From the human T2T-CHM13v2.0 reference genome, Homo sapiens: 64,000 nucleotides of DNA. Below are positions 1 to 14,190 of this stretch, piece by piece. The stretch lies in NCBI RefSeq assembly GCF_009914755.1, contig NC_060935.1, one strand, 5' to 3'. The position numbers and the translations under genes were made by a program. Below the pieces are notes generated by a model. That model made no database searches and was not told where the DNA came from. It worked only from the letters and a program-made list of their open reading frames with translations. How positions within the stretch are numbered: position 1 is the stretch's first letter; every line of letters starts with the position of its first letter.

Positions 1-492
1 TTTATTCAATAGGGAGTCCTTTCCCCATTGCTTGTTGTCAAAGATCAGATAGTTGTAAGTGTGCAGCCTTATTTCTGGGTTCTCTATTCTGTTTCTTTGG
101 TATGTCTTTTTTTGTACTAGTATCATGCTGTTTTGGTTACTGTAACCCTGTAGTGTAGTTTGAGGTCAGGTAGCATAACACCTTCAGCTTTGTTCGTTTT
201 GCTTATGATTCCCTTGGCTATTCAAGCTCTTATTTGGTTCCGTATGAATTTTAAAATAGTTTTTTCTCCAGCTCTGTGAAGAATGTCATTGGTAGTTTTG
301 TAGGAACGACACTGAATCTATAAATTGCTTTGGGCAGCACAGCCATTTTAATGATATCGATTCTTCCTATCCATGAGCAGGGAATGTTTTTCCTTTTGTT
401 TATGTCATCTCCAATTTCTTTGAGCAGTGGCTTATAGTTCTCTTTCCAGGTATCTTTCACCTCCCCAGTTAGCTGCAGTCCTAGGTATTTTC
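1..492 (-). mobile_element. L1 (L1PB/L1PA-old) ORF2 fragment
   Basis: ORF 251-460(-) translates to L1 ORF2p ([11 protein letters not shown]...[25 protein letters not shown]). Confidence 0.93.
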
Positions 493-3400
493 TGACAGTT
501 GCATTTTATATTTGTCTGACAGTTGTGATTTTACCTTTCCAAAAGCATCATTTCACACAATATTATAAAACCCAGTCTAGATCAATGCTATCTCTCATAT
601 ATTTAAAGCTTTTCCTCTCCTGATGCTTGCACATAGTGGACTCCATTATTCACTCATCTTGTTCCTTTACTCCTCCCTTTTAGCCACCAGGACTGCTTAG
701 GGTGCTCCGTAAATGGAGTAGGGAAAGGGGAAGTAGTTTGGGTCAAGATCTTGCTTGGCTGATATGGTTACCACCTATATTGAGGCTGAGAGAAATACTT
801 TTTTTCTATCTAATTAGACCCTCTTCCCAGGGATTTACAACTGCAGTTTCCATGCAGTTGCCTGTATTCCATACAGGCAATATCTTCTCTTGTTGCCTCA
901 ATCTTCAGATGGTTCACCCTTCCATGGGGGCTTCTTTGACCCTCCAGGTGGTATTGTAGGGTGGTGTGCCTTTGAGAAGCCCCTCTTCCTGTGTCCTTTT
1001 AGGGTCTACATAAGCATATATCTGTTTCACACAAAACTCTGGAAGAACAAGCCTGTCTCTTTCTCTACTACTACAGACCACTTCAGGCACGAGTCACATG
1101 TCAGATGTTGTATGATAATCTCAGAAAACACAAGCCAAGTCCTCTAAATGATTTTCTTAAAGAACCTTTCACCTGACTTCAAGGTTGGGAAGGTCTATTC
1201 ATCATTGTTTCTCAATGGGATGCAGGAATCAGTCAGTACACTCACAAGTGTCACCAAAAACAGTCACACTCTGACTGCTCTCAAGAACTGTTAGCTTCAT
1301 AAGGGTCTCTTATGTAGCCTGGACTCAATGTGCGTAATAGGCTAATCCTGGGAGAAATTATTTGCCCCTCACCCTGCCCACCCCATGGCATATGATATTG
1401 TACATCGATGCTCAAGAACTTCAATGTAGATTTAGATGTATTTAACAATTTAAAATCTATTCTCCTCATCTCTCAGAACTTAGCTCTAAAATTCCCAGTC
1501 AAGACCATTTTAGCATCTTTTCATGCAGGCATAAACACACTCTGTTTGTTTTTAAAATAAAAGGTTCTCTACATATGGTTCAACAACCTGCTCTTTTCTC
1601 TTTACATGTCTTGGAAGTCTTTCCATATTTCATACTTTTGGTTAAAAATTTTAGGTAGAATATAGTAATGGTTAGAACATTAACATACATATGCCTCTCT
1701 GATCCATAAACAAGGAAAGTCATTAAAAAATGTTGCAGACTTCAGGAAGACTTTCATTCTTTTCTAATGAGTATAATAAATGTCATTGATGAGATTAAAA
1801 GCTCAGCTATTAACTGAATGTCAGGATTATCATATGAATGACAGTGGAAAAGTTGTAGAAGGTTGAATCTAAGACAATGAAGTTTCTGGTCACAATGAGC
1901 CACTTCTCACAGAAAATGTGGACCAGTGAGCTATGCAATGGATTAAAATAATACCAAGACCATGTGTTCCGAATTGCAATAAAATAGAATGTAAAAATAA
2001 AAGTTAAAATGTATTCATTATTTACTACATGCAAGGCATTGTGCTAAGCATATTGGGCATATTATATATCCTTTAATGATATTAAATACACTTAGCACAG
2101 TATATTGTCCTTTCATTCCATGGCTCCAGCCACAACTGTATCTTGAGTCTTTACTTATATGCTAATTCATCTACCTGAATGCTCTTTCCAAACAGATGCA
2201 TAACTCTTATCCTTACCTAAGTATTTGGTTATTGTCACCTTTTACAGGTACTGAACAAAATAGCTCTTCCAGCCTCATAGCATTCGCTATCCCTTTACTC
2301 CACTTAATTTTTTCCTGAAATTTATGATTACAACATGTGCTTGCCCCTTTTCATCCTTTTGATGTTTATCTGGTAAACTCCTGGTGGTCTGGGGAGGCCT
2401 CTGCTATGAACAGCAGTCTCCTTTTCTAGAGTATCCCAATCAACCTCAGGGCTGGGGTCTGTATCCAAAAGACCAATAGTAACCTCAGCTTTATCTTTCA
2501 CATTCTTTGTTTTCCAACAATTTAGTCTTAAGGAGGAGACTCGAAATGTTGGTAAGCAGCAGCACTTCTGAGTACCCAAGCATATTACCCAGAGATTTGC
2601 AATCTCAGATGAGCTGAGAGAATGCCCTCAGGTGTCTTAGGGAAAGTGGAAACAAAATTCTCCTTCCTTTTCTCCTCCTTCATTAAGCACTGAGCCACCA
2701 GCCCAAAGATGGGATCCCTTAGACTCTAAGAGGTCAAGGGACAAACATTGACAACAGGACAGCGAGCAACAACGAAGAGATTTGCCTTTGAGTCAACATT
2801 TAAGTCTATTGAGTGCTATGGCTTCAGAGAGGAGCGAGCTCCCTGCTGCATTGCCAGTGTTCCCCTAGAACTCCCTGGGGGATACCATGTCTGAATTTTG
2901 CCCAAGGACATTCTCTAAAAGGGCAGACCCATACAATAATTCACTTATAATGAGAAAAGAGCCCAGGCCAGCCAAGTGACCCTCCCACTGATGTTGGCAT
3001 GTTTGAGTCAATGAATCAGACTTGCTCCCAAAACGGTACTTCTAGAGGAAGCCCTTCCTCACTCCCTTTGAGGATTCTTTGCCTTCAATGTTAGTCAATC
3101 AACCTAATCTCCCCTTCCTGGTGCAAGGTAGGGTATCAAATAAGACCCAGTGGATCTAGTTACATATCCCAAAAATTAGTTAATTTTTCCCTAAAACTCA
3201 ATTACTTTAAGTAAGGTGTACCACAGAGGCACATGCCTCAGATGTCCTCTTACAATGTATGTTGGAACACCATGGCAGCAAATGGCAGACACAGCATAAT
3301 GCAGTGATGGCTAAAGCACAAGTGCCAGCCATGGCTTACCAGACAGCACTCATTGTTCAGCAAATCCAGTTAGTAAGCCAAGAAGAGCAGTCTAGAGGCA

Positions 3401-3934
3401 TGCTCCTTTGTCAAACACTGAGTCACCCTGTGTGCTACACAAACTGTCTCAATAGCATCCACAGGATTTTAATTTATAGAGGCGACTGGGTGACAACATG
3501 AAAAGGTCAATGTCATTGAAAGAAAATGTATTACTTACACTTTTAAGAGTCTTAAGAGAAAGTGCCACAGCACAAAGGGCCACAAAGTAAAGCACCAGGT
3601 TTGTCAGTAGGCAGAAAAAGCGATGGAACATCATGGCCCAGATCCTTCATTGCCATAGCCATAGAAAGCTGTTAGGAGGAAATGCCCTCTACAAGGCAGC
3701 AAGCAAAAGATAAATGTTGGGTTTTGTGCTTGGCAGGGGGCAGAAGGGGTGGTTGTACTATGATTTGTGCAAATGGATAGCAGAGGAGACGTAAACAACT
3801 TGGGCCAGTAGTTTGGCCTTGTGATCAATGGATAACAATCAATTATAGTACAATAAAATAAAACACAATTACATGGTAGACTCCATAAAAGTTGGTTATA
3901 ACACAGAATGCCCAATAAAAAATAATTTAAATAC

Positions 3935-4260
3935 TAATATCAATGATTTCATATGTCAAGAGCTCCAAAAGTAGGGAAATTCCAGGGTTGGTGTAATGTC
4001 TCTGCAATACTATCAAGGCCCAACGTCCCGTCTTACTACTCTGCCATTTGCAACAGGCCTCAATGTGTTGTTGTCTTCCCTTTCCATAGTCACAAAATTA
4101 CTGCCACACCACATCTCTAGGGCCCATATCCTTGTACATGTTGCTTCATGTATCCTTTTTCATTGAACTTTGTTGCCTGAAATATGTAAAAATCAGGTTT
4201 TCTTGACAAAGAAAAAGCTGTGAATGGTTGCTGAATAGGCAACCCACATTAGCCGCTATA
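3935..4260 (-). mobile_element. Old MaLR LTR (MLT1J/K/L-like), degraded
   Basis: Motifs ttccagggttgg...tatcaaggccca...ccatagtcacaaaattactgcc resemble antisense MLT1; highly diverged. Confidence 0.4.
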
Positions 4261-5520
4261 ACTGATTCACCTGGATTGTATCCTACCACCAAGTAGTTTT
4301 CATTTTAGAGGTTTAGAGGGTCATATCTCTGTAGACGAGGAATGAAGACTGTGAAAATGAGAATAGCTTTCATGTGGTTAAGATGATTATGACCTTAGGG
4401 ATCTATTTAAAACAGAATCATAATTCTTCCCCAAAAATGGCACAGAATGTGTGAAATTAAAACTTCAGTAAAATCTAGATTTTTTTTTCCTGAATTTATA
4501 TGACAACTTATTTAGTTAATTGGGTTAATTCACAGAAAGCAATAACAACTGATGTATTTGGTGTCAAAAAAAAAAAAGGGGAAAATAAAGAGGTTATTGG
4601 ATTAGTGCTTTTAGTTTTGACAAATTCTTAGACTATCAAATAGAAGTTCAACCTGAATACTAAAAGCATGCTATTAATATAAGCAAGTTAGATAAATATA
4701 TGGAGTTTTTAAACAAGGTTTTGTCTATAATCAACTTGGAAACCTATTGTAATTTTTATCTAAGCTTAAACATTTTTCTCCTAGCTTGGGAGATTTTGTT
4801 TGTTTAATGCTATCTTTCCACAAAGGCCCCAAACAACAATTTGTATAAAATTTAAATATTCATATCCCATCCAGAAAGATGAACTTTTCAGTTGGAATGA
4901 TTCCCTTATAGTCAAAATTTAATGGGTTAAAGAAATATGCAGATTTATAGGAATATCAAGAACTCTTTCTCTCAAACTTGCATAGAAAAGAAAGTCTGAT
5001 TTAATTAAATAAAGGTAATTTTAAAGCATCTTCAAAGAAATAAAACAGTCACTCAGCTCCACAGCAAGGAGAGATGTCTTCCCCCTCAAAAAGTCTACAT
5101 TTAAATGTAAAATCACATAGCATTTCGACTCCTGAGAGCTGTTCAAAAATACTGTGTGTGTTGTTAGGAAAATGTGAGCCCTATACTATGTTAAAACAGT
5201 TCATATGCCAAAATTTGCAAAAGAAATAAAGTTAAAAGCTCAGTTTTATTTTTATTGTGGTAACATAGTTGCTTTGTTATGGCCCAAAATATTCCGAAAG
5301 CTGTTGCACAATTGGTATAGAATGCTATATGCCCTTTATGCAAACTGCCTATTAATGAACAGCCAATGGAGGAAAATTGAATCCTATAATTTTAAGAATG
5401 ATGAAAAAAACTATGGTTGTTTTATACTGGGATGGATTTGTCATATATATTTAGAGTACACCAGGTAGAGCTTAGGTATAAAAACAAAAACCATACTAGG
5501 CATTTTTTATAAAGAATTTA

Positions 5521-5862
<342 letters not shown>

Positions 5863-6248
5863 GGAATTAAAAATGCAAAAACACAAAGATAGGAACTACA
5901 AAACAGTTGCCACTGATGGAGCCCCATAGAGCTGACACTCAGACTTAGGAGAATGGACCACCACCCATCTGTGTGGCTTCCTCAGGAGCTGAGGGAAGGA
6001 GCTTGTGGAACTAAAGATTCTCTCTTCTTCTCTTTCCCTCTAAGGCTTTCACCTTTCAGCCTCACCCTTCTTTCTTTCTCTTTCCATGTCATATTCATTA
6101 AATAACATAGATTGGAAAATTAATACCAATCTAAAAATCTTTAGAATACTATATATATTTTAAAAATCAAGCTGATTTGATTCATTAAAGCTTTTATCTT
6201 TGAGGACATCCAACATGGAATCAGTCTTAAAGAATTATCCATTATCCC

Positions 6249-6667
6249 TGTGAAATTAAAATAGAATCTCAGGACCCCAAACTCACCATACGTTGGGAAA
6301 GTTAAGTTTGGGAGCTGAGTCACCAATAATGTCTTCTTTTTGTTCCAAAACAGATAGCTGTAATTTCACAACCCTCATGTCATAGCCTCATCTCCTTTAC
6401 TCCTTTTCACATGTAAAATGTATATTTACTGAAACTAATCAGAGCCTCACAAGAAGGTATCCATCTGCCTACCCTGCCTCCCCCTATTTTCTCCTTCCTC
6501 CTTGTTCTCTCCCCTTTAAATACTAAAGTTCACAAAATCCCCTTTGAAAAAAGCATGGATCACAGATGCCCGTTTTATCTGTGTTTTTCCCCCAGCACAT
6601 CCTCAACCTTGGCTAAATAAATCCCTAATCAATTGAGACATCTGCCTCAGTCATTGTTTGGTTTACA
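6249..6667 (+). mobile_element. MER4-family 5' LTR (ERV1)
   Basis: TG...CA termini; homologous to 12726-13228; AATAAA present; followed directly by PBS. Confidence 0.9.
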
Positions 6668-6670
6668 TTT

Positions 6671-6690
6671 CGGTAACCACGAAGTGATTC
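6671..6690 (+). promoter_or_regulatory. Retroviral primer-binding site, tRNA-Arg(TCG)-type
   Basis: CGGTAACCACGAAGTGATTC, 3 nt after the LTR end, resembles TGGTAACCACGAAGGGATTC (complement of tRNA-Arg-TCG 3' end) with 2 mismatches. Confidence 0.75.
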
Positions 6691-8053
6691 TCTGAGTGGA
6701 ATTGGCCCTTAGCCTGCAGCAACTCTCCTTTCCGGGTCCTGTGCCAGCTAGAGCTCTTTATCACTCTGACCAATAGGATGATCTGCTGCAGTCTAGGAGA
6801 TTCTTCCTCCAGAGATCCCTGATTTTCTGTTGAGATCCGAGGTTTATTCTGCTGCAAAAAAAAAAAAAAAAAAAAAAAAAAAGAGTTTTTACACACTTCC
6901 AACAAGGAAGGCTCTTCCCTGACAGCAAAGAGCCGTCTTCAGTTTGGGCTCCATCTCCAGTTAAGGAGCTAGTTTGGGTTTTTTAGGGGGGGATTTGGCA
7001 ACTGGAAGTCAAGATTTTTTTTGTCAGTTGTCTAGAACTTCTCCTTATGCTCACAGATCTCAATAATATGTTAATTGTGTGATTGGTTTTTATTTTAGCT
7101 CATTTTCTGTTAGACTGGACCAATCCCTCGCCTACTCTAATGTCTACTGAAACCCCCACAACTGCAGAAAGTCAAGTTTCACCTCTAAAACCCGGACTGG
7201 CTAAGATAAAAATCAAAATCAAAATTTGACTACCTGAGAGGTCTTATTTACATAACAATACTGTTTTCCTAACCCCTCTCTGTGTGTGTGCTATTAAGGA
7301 TTTTAGAGATCGCCTATTGTAAACAATTAATGGAAAGATCAAAGTTTTAAAAACACACTAACAGTTTCATGGCTAGCCTTAAAAATTCTCCTGACTAAAT
7401 TAAGAGCAAAAATCTGACCCAAAACAGTTCTGGTAGTTAAAATGTCTGCCGTGGCCTGGGCTTGCTTCCTGATTAGGGAACAACAAAGACCACTCTACTT
7501 TGTGGCCTGGTAGTTACAGTTCTAGACTTTCGCCTCCGTGGCATAGTTTTGATTCTGGTCAGGGAACTAACCTCTCTTGGTTTAATGTTTGTGTGACTTC
7601 TAGGGTACTAATTTATCATTGATTTGTTTTCCCCTTCCTTTGACAGCTTTTGATTTTCTGTATTCTTTTGTCTGTGGGGAGCACACAGGCTTTTGGACCT
7701 TTATGTGTGGACGGTCATCTAAAAAGCTAAGAGCCTAGAAAATATGGCCTCACAGAAGTGTAGGCTATACCTTTAAGGTCATTTTCCTACCCATCTTAAC
7801 TGAACTTATACTTACATCGTTTTTGTCCCTTGGTTTGAGCAAATGACAGTACAATATTTAGGCCAAACGTCTTAGCTCTGTGCTTCGAGATGTAAATTTT
7901 CTACCTTGTTTCACCTAAGAATTGTCTCTTTAGAAATACAATTGTAGAGTTGCCTGGCTAACAATTATTTATAGCAGGAAACATATAATCAAGAGATTTA
8001 CAGTCTAACTTGAGGGAGAGAAGCTTTGAAAAGAGGCAAATGAAGAATCTTAT

Positions 8054-8791
8054 TGAAGCTACCTTTGGAAAATTATGACGGTGAGAGAAATATGACATGG
8101 TTGACTCCATCTTGCTTCTGACCTTCAAGCTGTCCTTGGTCATTCCTGGATGTAAGTTAACTTTTGGAGGAATTTAGTTTATAGTTTAACTTTGAAGCAA
8201 GGATAATAATGGTCCTTTCCTAAAACAAATCTCCTTCCTGTTCAGGGGATGAAACCATCTTTATAACACTAATGAAAGGCCACAAGATTAGGATGATGGG
8301 AAAGGCCTAAGCTCTGCTAAAATGTAGGCATAGTTTCTATAATTCCTTACTGCTCAGGAGTCATGTGGCCAGAGGTCACAAGATTTGTGACTTCCCCAAT
8401 TGCTCCTATACATAGCATTGCTACTGTAGAACCTAAAATTGCTTTTCTTTAATGTTTTTCAGACAGACACAACCCAGACTCGTGACTTATGCCTCAACAA
8501 GACCTTGGGCTTCCACCCAGAGAAGGACTCAGTGCACAAGGATCATTTTTCTTACCCTTATCATAGCATCCACAACCAATTGGCAGTACCCATTCCCTAA
8601 CCCCTGCCCACTAAACCACCCTTAAAAACCCCTAACTTCCAAGGCTTTAGAGAGAATTATTTGAGTAATAGCTTCATCTCCCATGTGGCTGGCCTCATGT
8701 CAATTAAACTCTTTTTTTACTTTAATACCACAGTCTCAGTAAGTTGATTTTGTCTGTACAGCAAGCAGGAAGGACCCATCAGGTGATTACA
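8054..8791 (+). mobile_element. LTR8/LTR8A solo LTR nested in MER4-int
   Basis: TGAAGCTACCTTTGGAAAATTATGACGGTGAGAGAAA...TTACA; 4-bp TSD TTAT on both sides. Confidence 0.88.
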
Positions 8792-9119
8792 TTATAAATC
8801 TATAAGATCTCCCACTGTCTATATATCTATGTGTTTATATGGTATCATGTGTATGTGATATCTCATAACAAAAATATATGAAAGAGTGCAAATTAATTGG
8901 CTTAAAGGAAAGAGGAAAGGAAAAAGGACTTAAATCTTTTCTCAGAAAAATGGAAACTAGCTCAAATGCCTTTTAGTTCACATGATTTTAGTAAATAAGA
9001 CAGTTTTTAAATTATTGGTAAAATGACATAGAAATATCTTTTATTTCTATAAACTCCCAGTCAGGCAGTTCAGATACTGTTTTTGCTAGAGTTTTAAACA
9101 TCATAAAGTGGTTCTGTAG

Positions 9120-9423
9120 TTTTGTTTGTTTGTTTTTTGAGACAGGGTCTCACTTTGTCAGCCAGGCTAGAACATGGTGGTACCACCTCTGCTCACTGCA
9201 GCCTCAGCCTCCCAAGTTCAAGCTATTCTTCTGCCTCAGCCTCCCAAGTAGATAGGACTACAGGCACATGCCACCATGCCTGGCTAATTTTTGTATTTTT
9301 AATAGAGACAGGGTTTGCCATGTTGCCCAGGCTGGTCTCAAACTCTTGAGCTCAAGCAATCCACTTACTTGCCTCAGCCTCCCCAAGTGCTAGAATTATA
9401 GGTGTGAGCCACTGTGCCCAGCC
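9120..9423 (-). mobile_element. AluJ (Jb-like) nested in MER4-int
   Basis: Antisense Alu dimer with J-type positions (GAGACAGGGTCTCAC, GAGCTCAAGCAATCC); TTCTGT flanks both ends. Confidence 0.95.
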
Positions 9424-12157
9424 TTCTGTGATATTTTTAATAATTGTTTAATACCCATCTTAGAGCCTCTAGAGTTTTAATAAAAAAAAATTTTTTATTA
9501 AAAAAATTGCTATGGGAAGGCCTGGGGACATATGGAGTTCTCTCCAGGACAGATATGCCTCCTAGATATGCTAGAAAGAGTCAGGCATTGTCTGAAGCTC
9601 TATTTTTTTTGTCCTTGGTTCTGCGTCTGATACATACTTAAAATTGTTTACTTTCTAGGTTTTTCACTAAAAATAACAGTAACAAAGAATTAACATTGTA
9701 ATTAATGTATATAATTAAAACTACTAGGTATAAGAGAAACAGTTCTTCATGAAAAGTGTATAAGAGTAGGATGCATTTTAGGGGAAAAGTTATAAGAAGG
9801 CATGGAAATGTGGTTTTTGTCAAAGCAAGAGTAATTTTGCCCAGTTGAGTGGGCTTTTTTACATTAAAGGAGTAAAAAGATGAATAAATTAAATGAATAT
9901 ACAAAATTGGAAAAGAAAGTGAATATTTGTCCTTATGTAAAATGATAGGACAAAACTGAAATAAATTGTAGAAGGTTTGTGGAAGACTGATCTTATTAAA
10001 AAAATTCTGTATAACCAAGTAGCTAAAATTTAAAAGGAATAAATTTTTTGCCTATAAAACAATTAAGATAAAAAGCACACTGATGCCAAAGTCTGGGCCA
10101 CAGTGTCAGAAGAAGAGGGGTTCATTGGAACACTGATATGTTCTTTAATAGAAAATTGTAAAATATTATTGAAGTTTATGAAATTCTTACCTTACGGTCA
10201 GACTGAGATTGGACAGTTTTGTGTATGAGATTTTTTTATCGGGGTTAATAACACTAATGCAAATATAAAATTTGGTTTTCCCTTATGAACAAGATTTTTA
10301 TGTAATATTAAGAGATAAAAGATTTTTATTTACCTTTTGAGAAAACTGCAAAAAAAAAGGGGTTAGGGAAGAGACAGATTCAGTTAGCCTTGTGCTGTCT
10401 TTATTAAGTCATATTGTTTGTGGAACTGAGTCTCCTTTCTATCAAAGAGTAAAGGCTTTTGCTTTTTAAAACCTTTGATTTATCATTTTGACTAAATAAC
10501 TTACCTTAGAGTTACCTATGTTCTTACTGTGATATCAACTGTTCTAAACCTTTGATATTTGACAAATTTTTTAAAATCAAATTTCAAGCTCTAAATTCAG
10601 TTATTTTGACTTTACCTTTTTAAAGATATTAAGCCCCTTGAAATCCAAGAGAGACATATTCAGTTTATTTGAAATGTTAAAATCATACAGGAAGCATTGT
10701 CAAATATGAGATGTGTTTAACTTAGAGTTACATTTAATATAAATATGTTATTAATATGTTAAACTGTATGAAATTCCTATAATTCTGATGTCTTAATGTT
10801 ATCGGTAATTATGATTATTATGCTGTATTGTTGCATGCCACAGAAATAATCAAATTTCCTTGTCAATTGTGTCTTTAAACATGGCAGTCCTAAAATTATT
10901 GTCATCCATAGATTATTATTTTATCTTGATTCTTCTCAAAAAGTGGTTTATAATCAGCTACAGTCCAAATCTTGTTTCTCTAAGGGAGTTCACAGAAAGG
11001 TCTCTGCTGGTGCTCTTCAATGCAGGTTTCTGACAGCTTCAAGGATTGTACCACTGGACTAAGAAAAAACTTGCAGTACTCTCAGTGGAGAGCTGATGTA
11101 TTCATACAGATTGAGAACCCCAATGTCAAACAAAATGACTCAGTTGTATGAAACTGAACTAACAGAGGACTGAAATAAATTTTTCTGACTTTGCTTTTGT
11201 TTGAAATGTTGCTGATTCTTTTTGTTTTTCAGAGTCAAAAAAATTTCTCTTTTGAGATATTTGTAACTTTCAGCAATTGCATGAAATACACTCTTGTGAG
11301 CAAATTTGAAGCATATTTCTTTCTACCTGATTTCTCCAGAATTTGGAAACTATTTATGAGTATTCTTAATTTATGCCAATATAGTTATTTGCATGATTTC
11401 AATAAGAATCTGTCTTTTGCAATAAGATATAATTGGATACACTGGTTATTTTACTGAAGCTTTGACTGAAATGGCATATTTTCAAATATTACCAGAATGC
11501 TTTGAGGAATTGAGGTTAAAGAGCAGATAAAAGCCCCTTGGAAAGACTGGCCTCACACCTTGTCTACGTAGTCCTTTACAGGGTTTCTGACCCAAAGAAT
11601 GCCACTTTCTGATAAGCCCAGGAACCTTAAACTATTCTGGGACCTTGAAAAGAGAGAAATTCACCCAATTCTTACAGGTATCTGCAAGCACAGATAAATC
11701 CTTGGCTGGGTTCAAGAGGCCTTTAAAAACCTTATCTGAGATTCCTTATGGAAAAGTTTCAGCAAGCCAATTTTGAAAGAGACAAATGGCCAATAATTAT
11801 TCTTGCTGTACTTTATGCAAATAATCTGGCCAAGTACAATAAGACTAAAATTTATTTGCAACTAAGTTGTCCTACTATGATTTAGTAAAAATGGGGTATT
11901 AAAGAGAAAAATTATGTTTCCAAAGAAACTATAATATACCTGTTATTAGGTTCTAGCTTTGTCAATTTTCATTTTTTATTATTTTTCTACAATTTGGACT
12001 GAATCCTGAATTCTTTCCTGACTACAAGTCTCCAAATTAATGTTTTCAAATTGTGTTTTCTCCCATTTTTCTGACTTGAAATCACTAGAAATTAAAACTG
12101 TACTTTTCTTAAAGCCATGCAAGCTGAAGCTAGACAACTTAAACTTTGTAATAACAG

Positions 12158-12222
12158 CAATATATGTGTACATTATATATATATGTGTGTGTGTGTGTGT
12201 GTATACACACATGTATTTATAT
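12158..12222. repeat. (TA)n/(TG)n compound microsatellite
   Basis: Direct inspection. Confidence 0.85.
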
Positions 12223-12725
12223 ATCAGCTTTGTGCCTGCCTTCTCATAAAGTTCATTTAAACACCTGATTCAAACTACCATCCAGAAAAATCTGTCATAT
12301 TGCCACTGAAATTTAAAAATGCTTCAGATACTTAAAAAAATCCAGCTAGTCTATAAACTTCTCCAGACATACAATAGTCAATGTACAACTAAAAGAATTA
12401 AAATGACAGTTACCCAAAGAATTGCTCTGATTAAAGAGGTGGTAGTATAGCCTGAATTAGTTTTCCAGGATTGCTTTTCTTTTGTTGCTATAATTTGATC
12501 TTGGTCTCTTTTCTTTTCTCCTTTTTTCTTTATTTCTTCCTCCCCCTATTTTTCTCCATGAGACATGAAAATTGACAACCTCCTAGGAATGAGCCTTCCT
12601 AGCAACATGGGATTTAACCCTCTAGGAATAAACCATCCTAGCAATGAGTGATCAGGCCAAACATATGATCAGAGATTCATGTACTTCTATAATGCTTTCC
12701 CCAAAAGATTTTTAAACAGGGAAAA

Positions 12726-13228
12726 TATGAAAGAAAAATAGCACCTCAGGACCCTATGGCACTATGCCAAAGGGAAAGGTAAGCTTTGGAACTGAACCAC
12801 CAATACTGTCTTCCTTTTGTTCCCAGATAGCTGTAATTTGACAACCCCATTTCATAGCCTTATTTCCCCTACTACTTTTCACATGCTTACTTTATCTTAT
12901 GTAAAATGTAGATTCACTGAGAGGTAATGCATAATTGACATTTTCCTGTTTTTTTTTTCACATGTAAAATGTAGATTTACTGAAGCTAATCAGAGCCTCA
13001 CAAGAATGTGATCATCTGCCTCACTACCTATCCTTCTTTCTTTTCTTTTTTCCTCCCTCCTGCTTGGTCTTTTTCCTTTAAGCAATTAAGTTCACAAAAC
13101 CCACTTTGGAAAAGGCATAGATCACAGACGCTCCTGTGATTTGTGTTCTTTCCCCAGCTTGTCCTCAACCTTGGCTAAATAAACCTTGAATTGATTAAGA
13201 CACCACCTCAGTCACTTTTTGGTTTACA
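12726..13228 (+). mobile_element. MER4-family 3' LTR
   Basis: Homologous to 6249-6667; ends GGTTTACA; provirus flanks ATCCC / TTCCC. Confidence 0.9.
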
Positions 13229-13239
13229 TTCCCTACCTC

Positions 13240-14190
13240 CAGCTATCCAGCTATCTCGAACTGTGCTCCTGATGTTTTCCCTTATAGTCCATTTTTCCTC
13301 TATACACAAACACACACACAAATCTACTCTACCAACTGTGTTCCTCATCCCAGTATATGTTAATTCCATTGTTCCTGTTTCTCAGGCCAAGAAACTTGGA
13401 GTTACTTTTTATTTCTTTTTTCTCATACTCAAAATCAAATTTACCTGGATATCCTATAAAATATATCCAGAATCAAAACACTTCTTACCTCCTCTGTTGC
13501 TACATTCCATTCACCATCACCTTTCTTCTATATTACAGTGGTTAAGTGGTTTTCGTACTTTTATCCTTGCCTTGTTCCAGCACAGTGATCCTTTTAAGAT
13601 GTAGAACAGATCACATCTCTCCTCTATTCAAAACACATCATTGGCTCACCCTTCATTCACTGTAAAAGGTGAAGTTTTACAGTGCCTGCTGGCCTTGTAC
13701 TTTTTGGCTCCTCACTACCTTGCTGATCTTCTATCTTCCTCACTCTCTCTGTTCCAGTCACATTGTTCTGTTATTTTTCAAATGCATCTGGAACACTTCC
13801 ACCTTACCTTTAGGGCTTTACATTTGCTTCCTTTTGCTGGAATAATTCTCTCCTAAATATCAGCATGCCTCCCTGATTCCCTTCAGTGTTTGCTCAAATC
13901 TCATCTCCTCACTGAGACCTTGCCTGATCACACTATTAAAATTGCACATGCATGTACTTACAACCACCCTTCTTTCATCTCCTCATCCCCAGGAGTAGTT
14001 AACACTAATGAAAATGGTATCTATGCTACATTTTAATTATATTTATTTTCTGGCCCTACTCACTGAAATATAAACCCTGTGATGGCAGGAATTTTTAATG
14101 GAATTTTTTTGAGTGCTGTGAAAAATTTGAGGAATTTCTGGGGCATAATTATTGCAACATCAATAATTGTTGAATTAATTAGTGAATAAG
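13240..14190 (+). mobile_element. L2 3' portion
   Basis: L2 motifs (ctcaggccaagaaacttggagtt; ctcaaatctcatctcctcactgagacc) ending in caataattgttgaattaattagtgaat. Confidence 0.8.

Larger units (their letters stand above)
6668..12725 (+). mobile_element. MER4-group internal region (non-coding, decayed), interrupted by LTR8 and AluJ
   Basis: Lies between paired LTRs; PBS at 5' end; purine tract AAACAGGGAAAA before 3' LTR; no intact gag/pol/env ORF. Confidence 0.85.

Noticed and set aside
2328-2579. Retroviral protease CDS (GLLDT)
   Set aside because: Reads DTD rather than DTG with no other protease motifs; kept only as a weak hint
13191-13604. 137-aa ORF
   Set aside because: Spans an LTR/L2 junction, has a non-ATG start and shows no protein family resemblance
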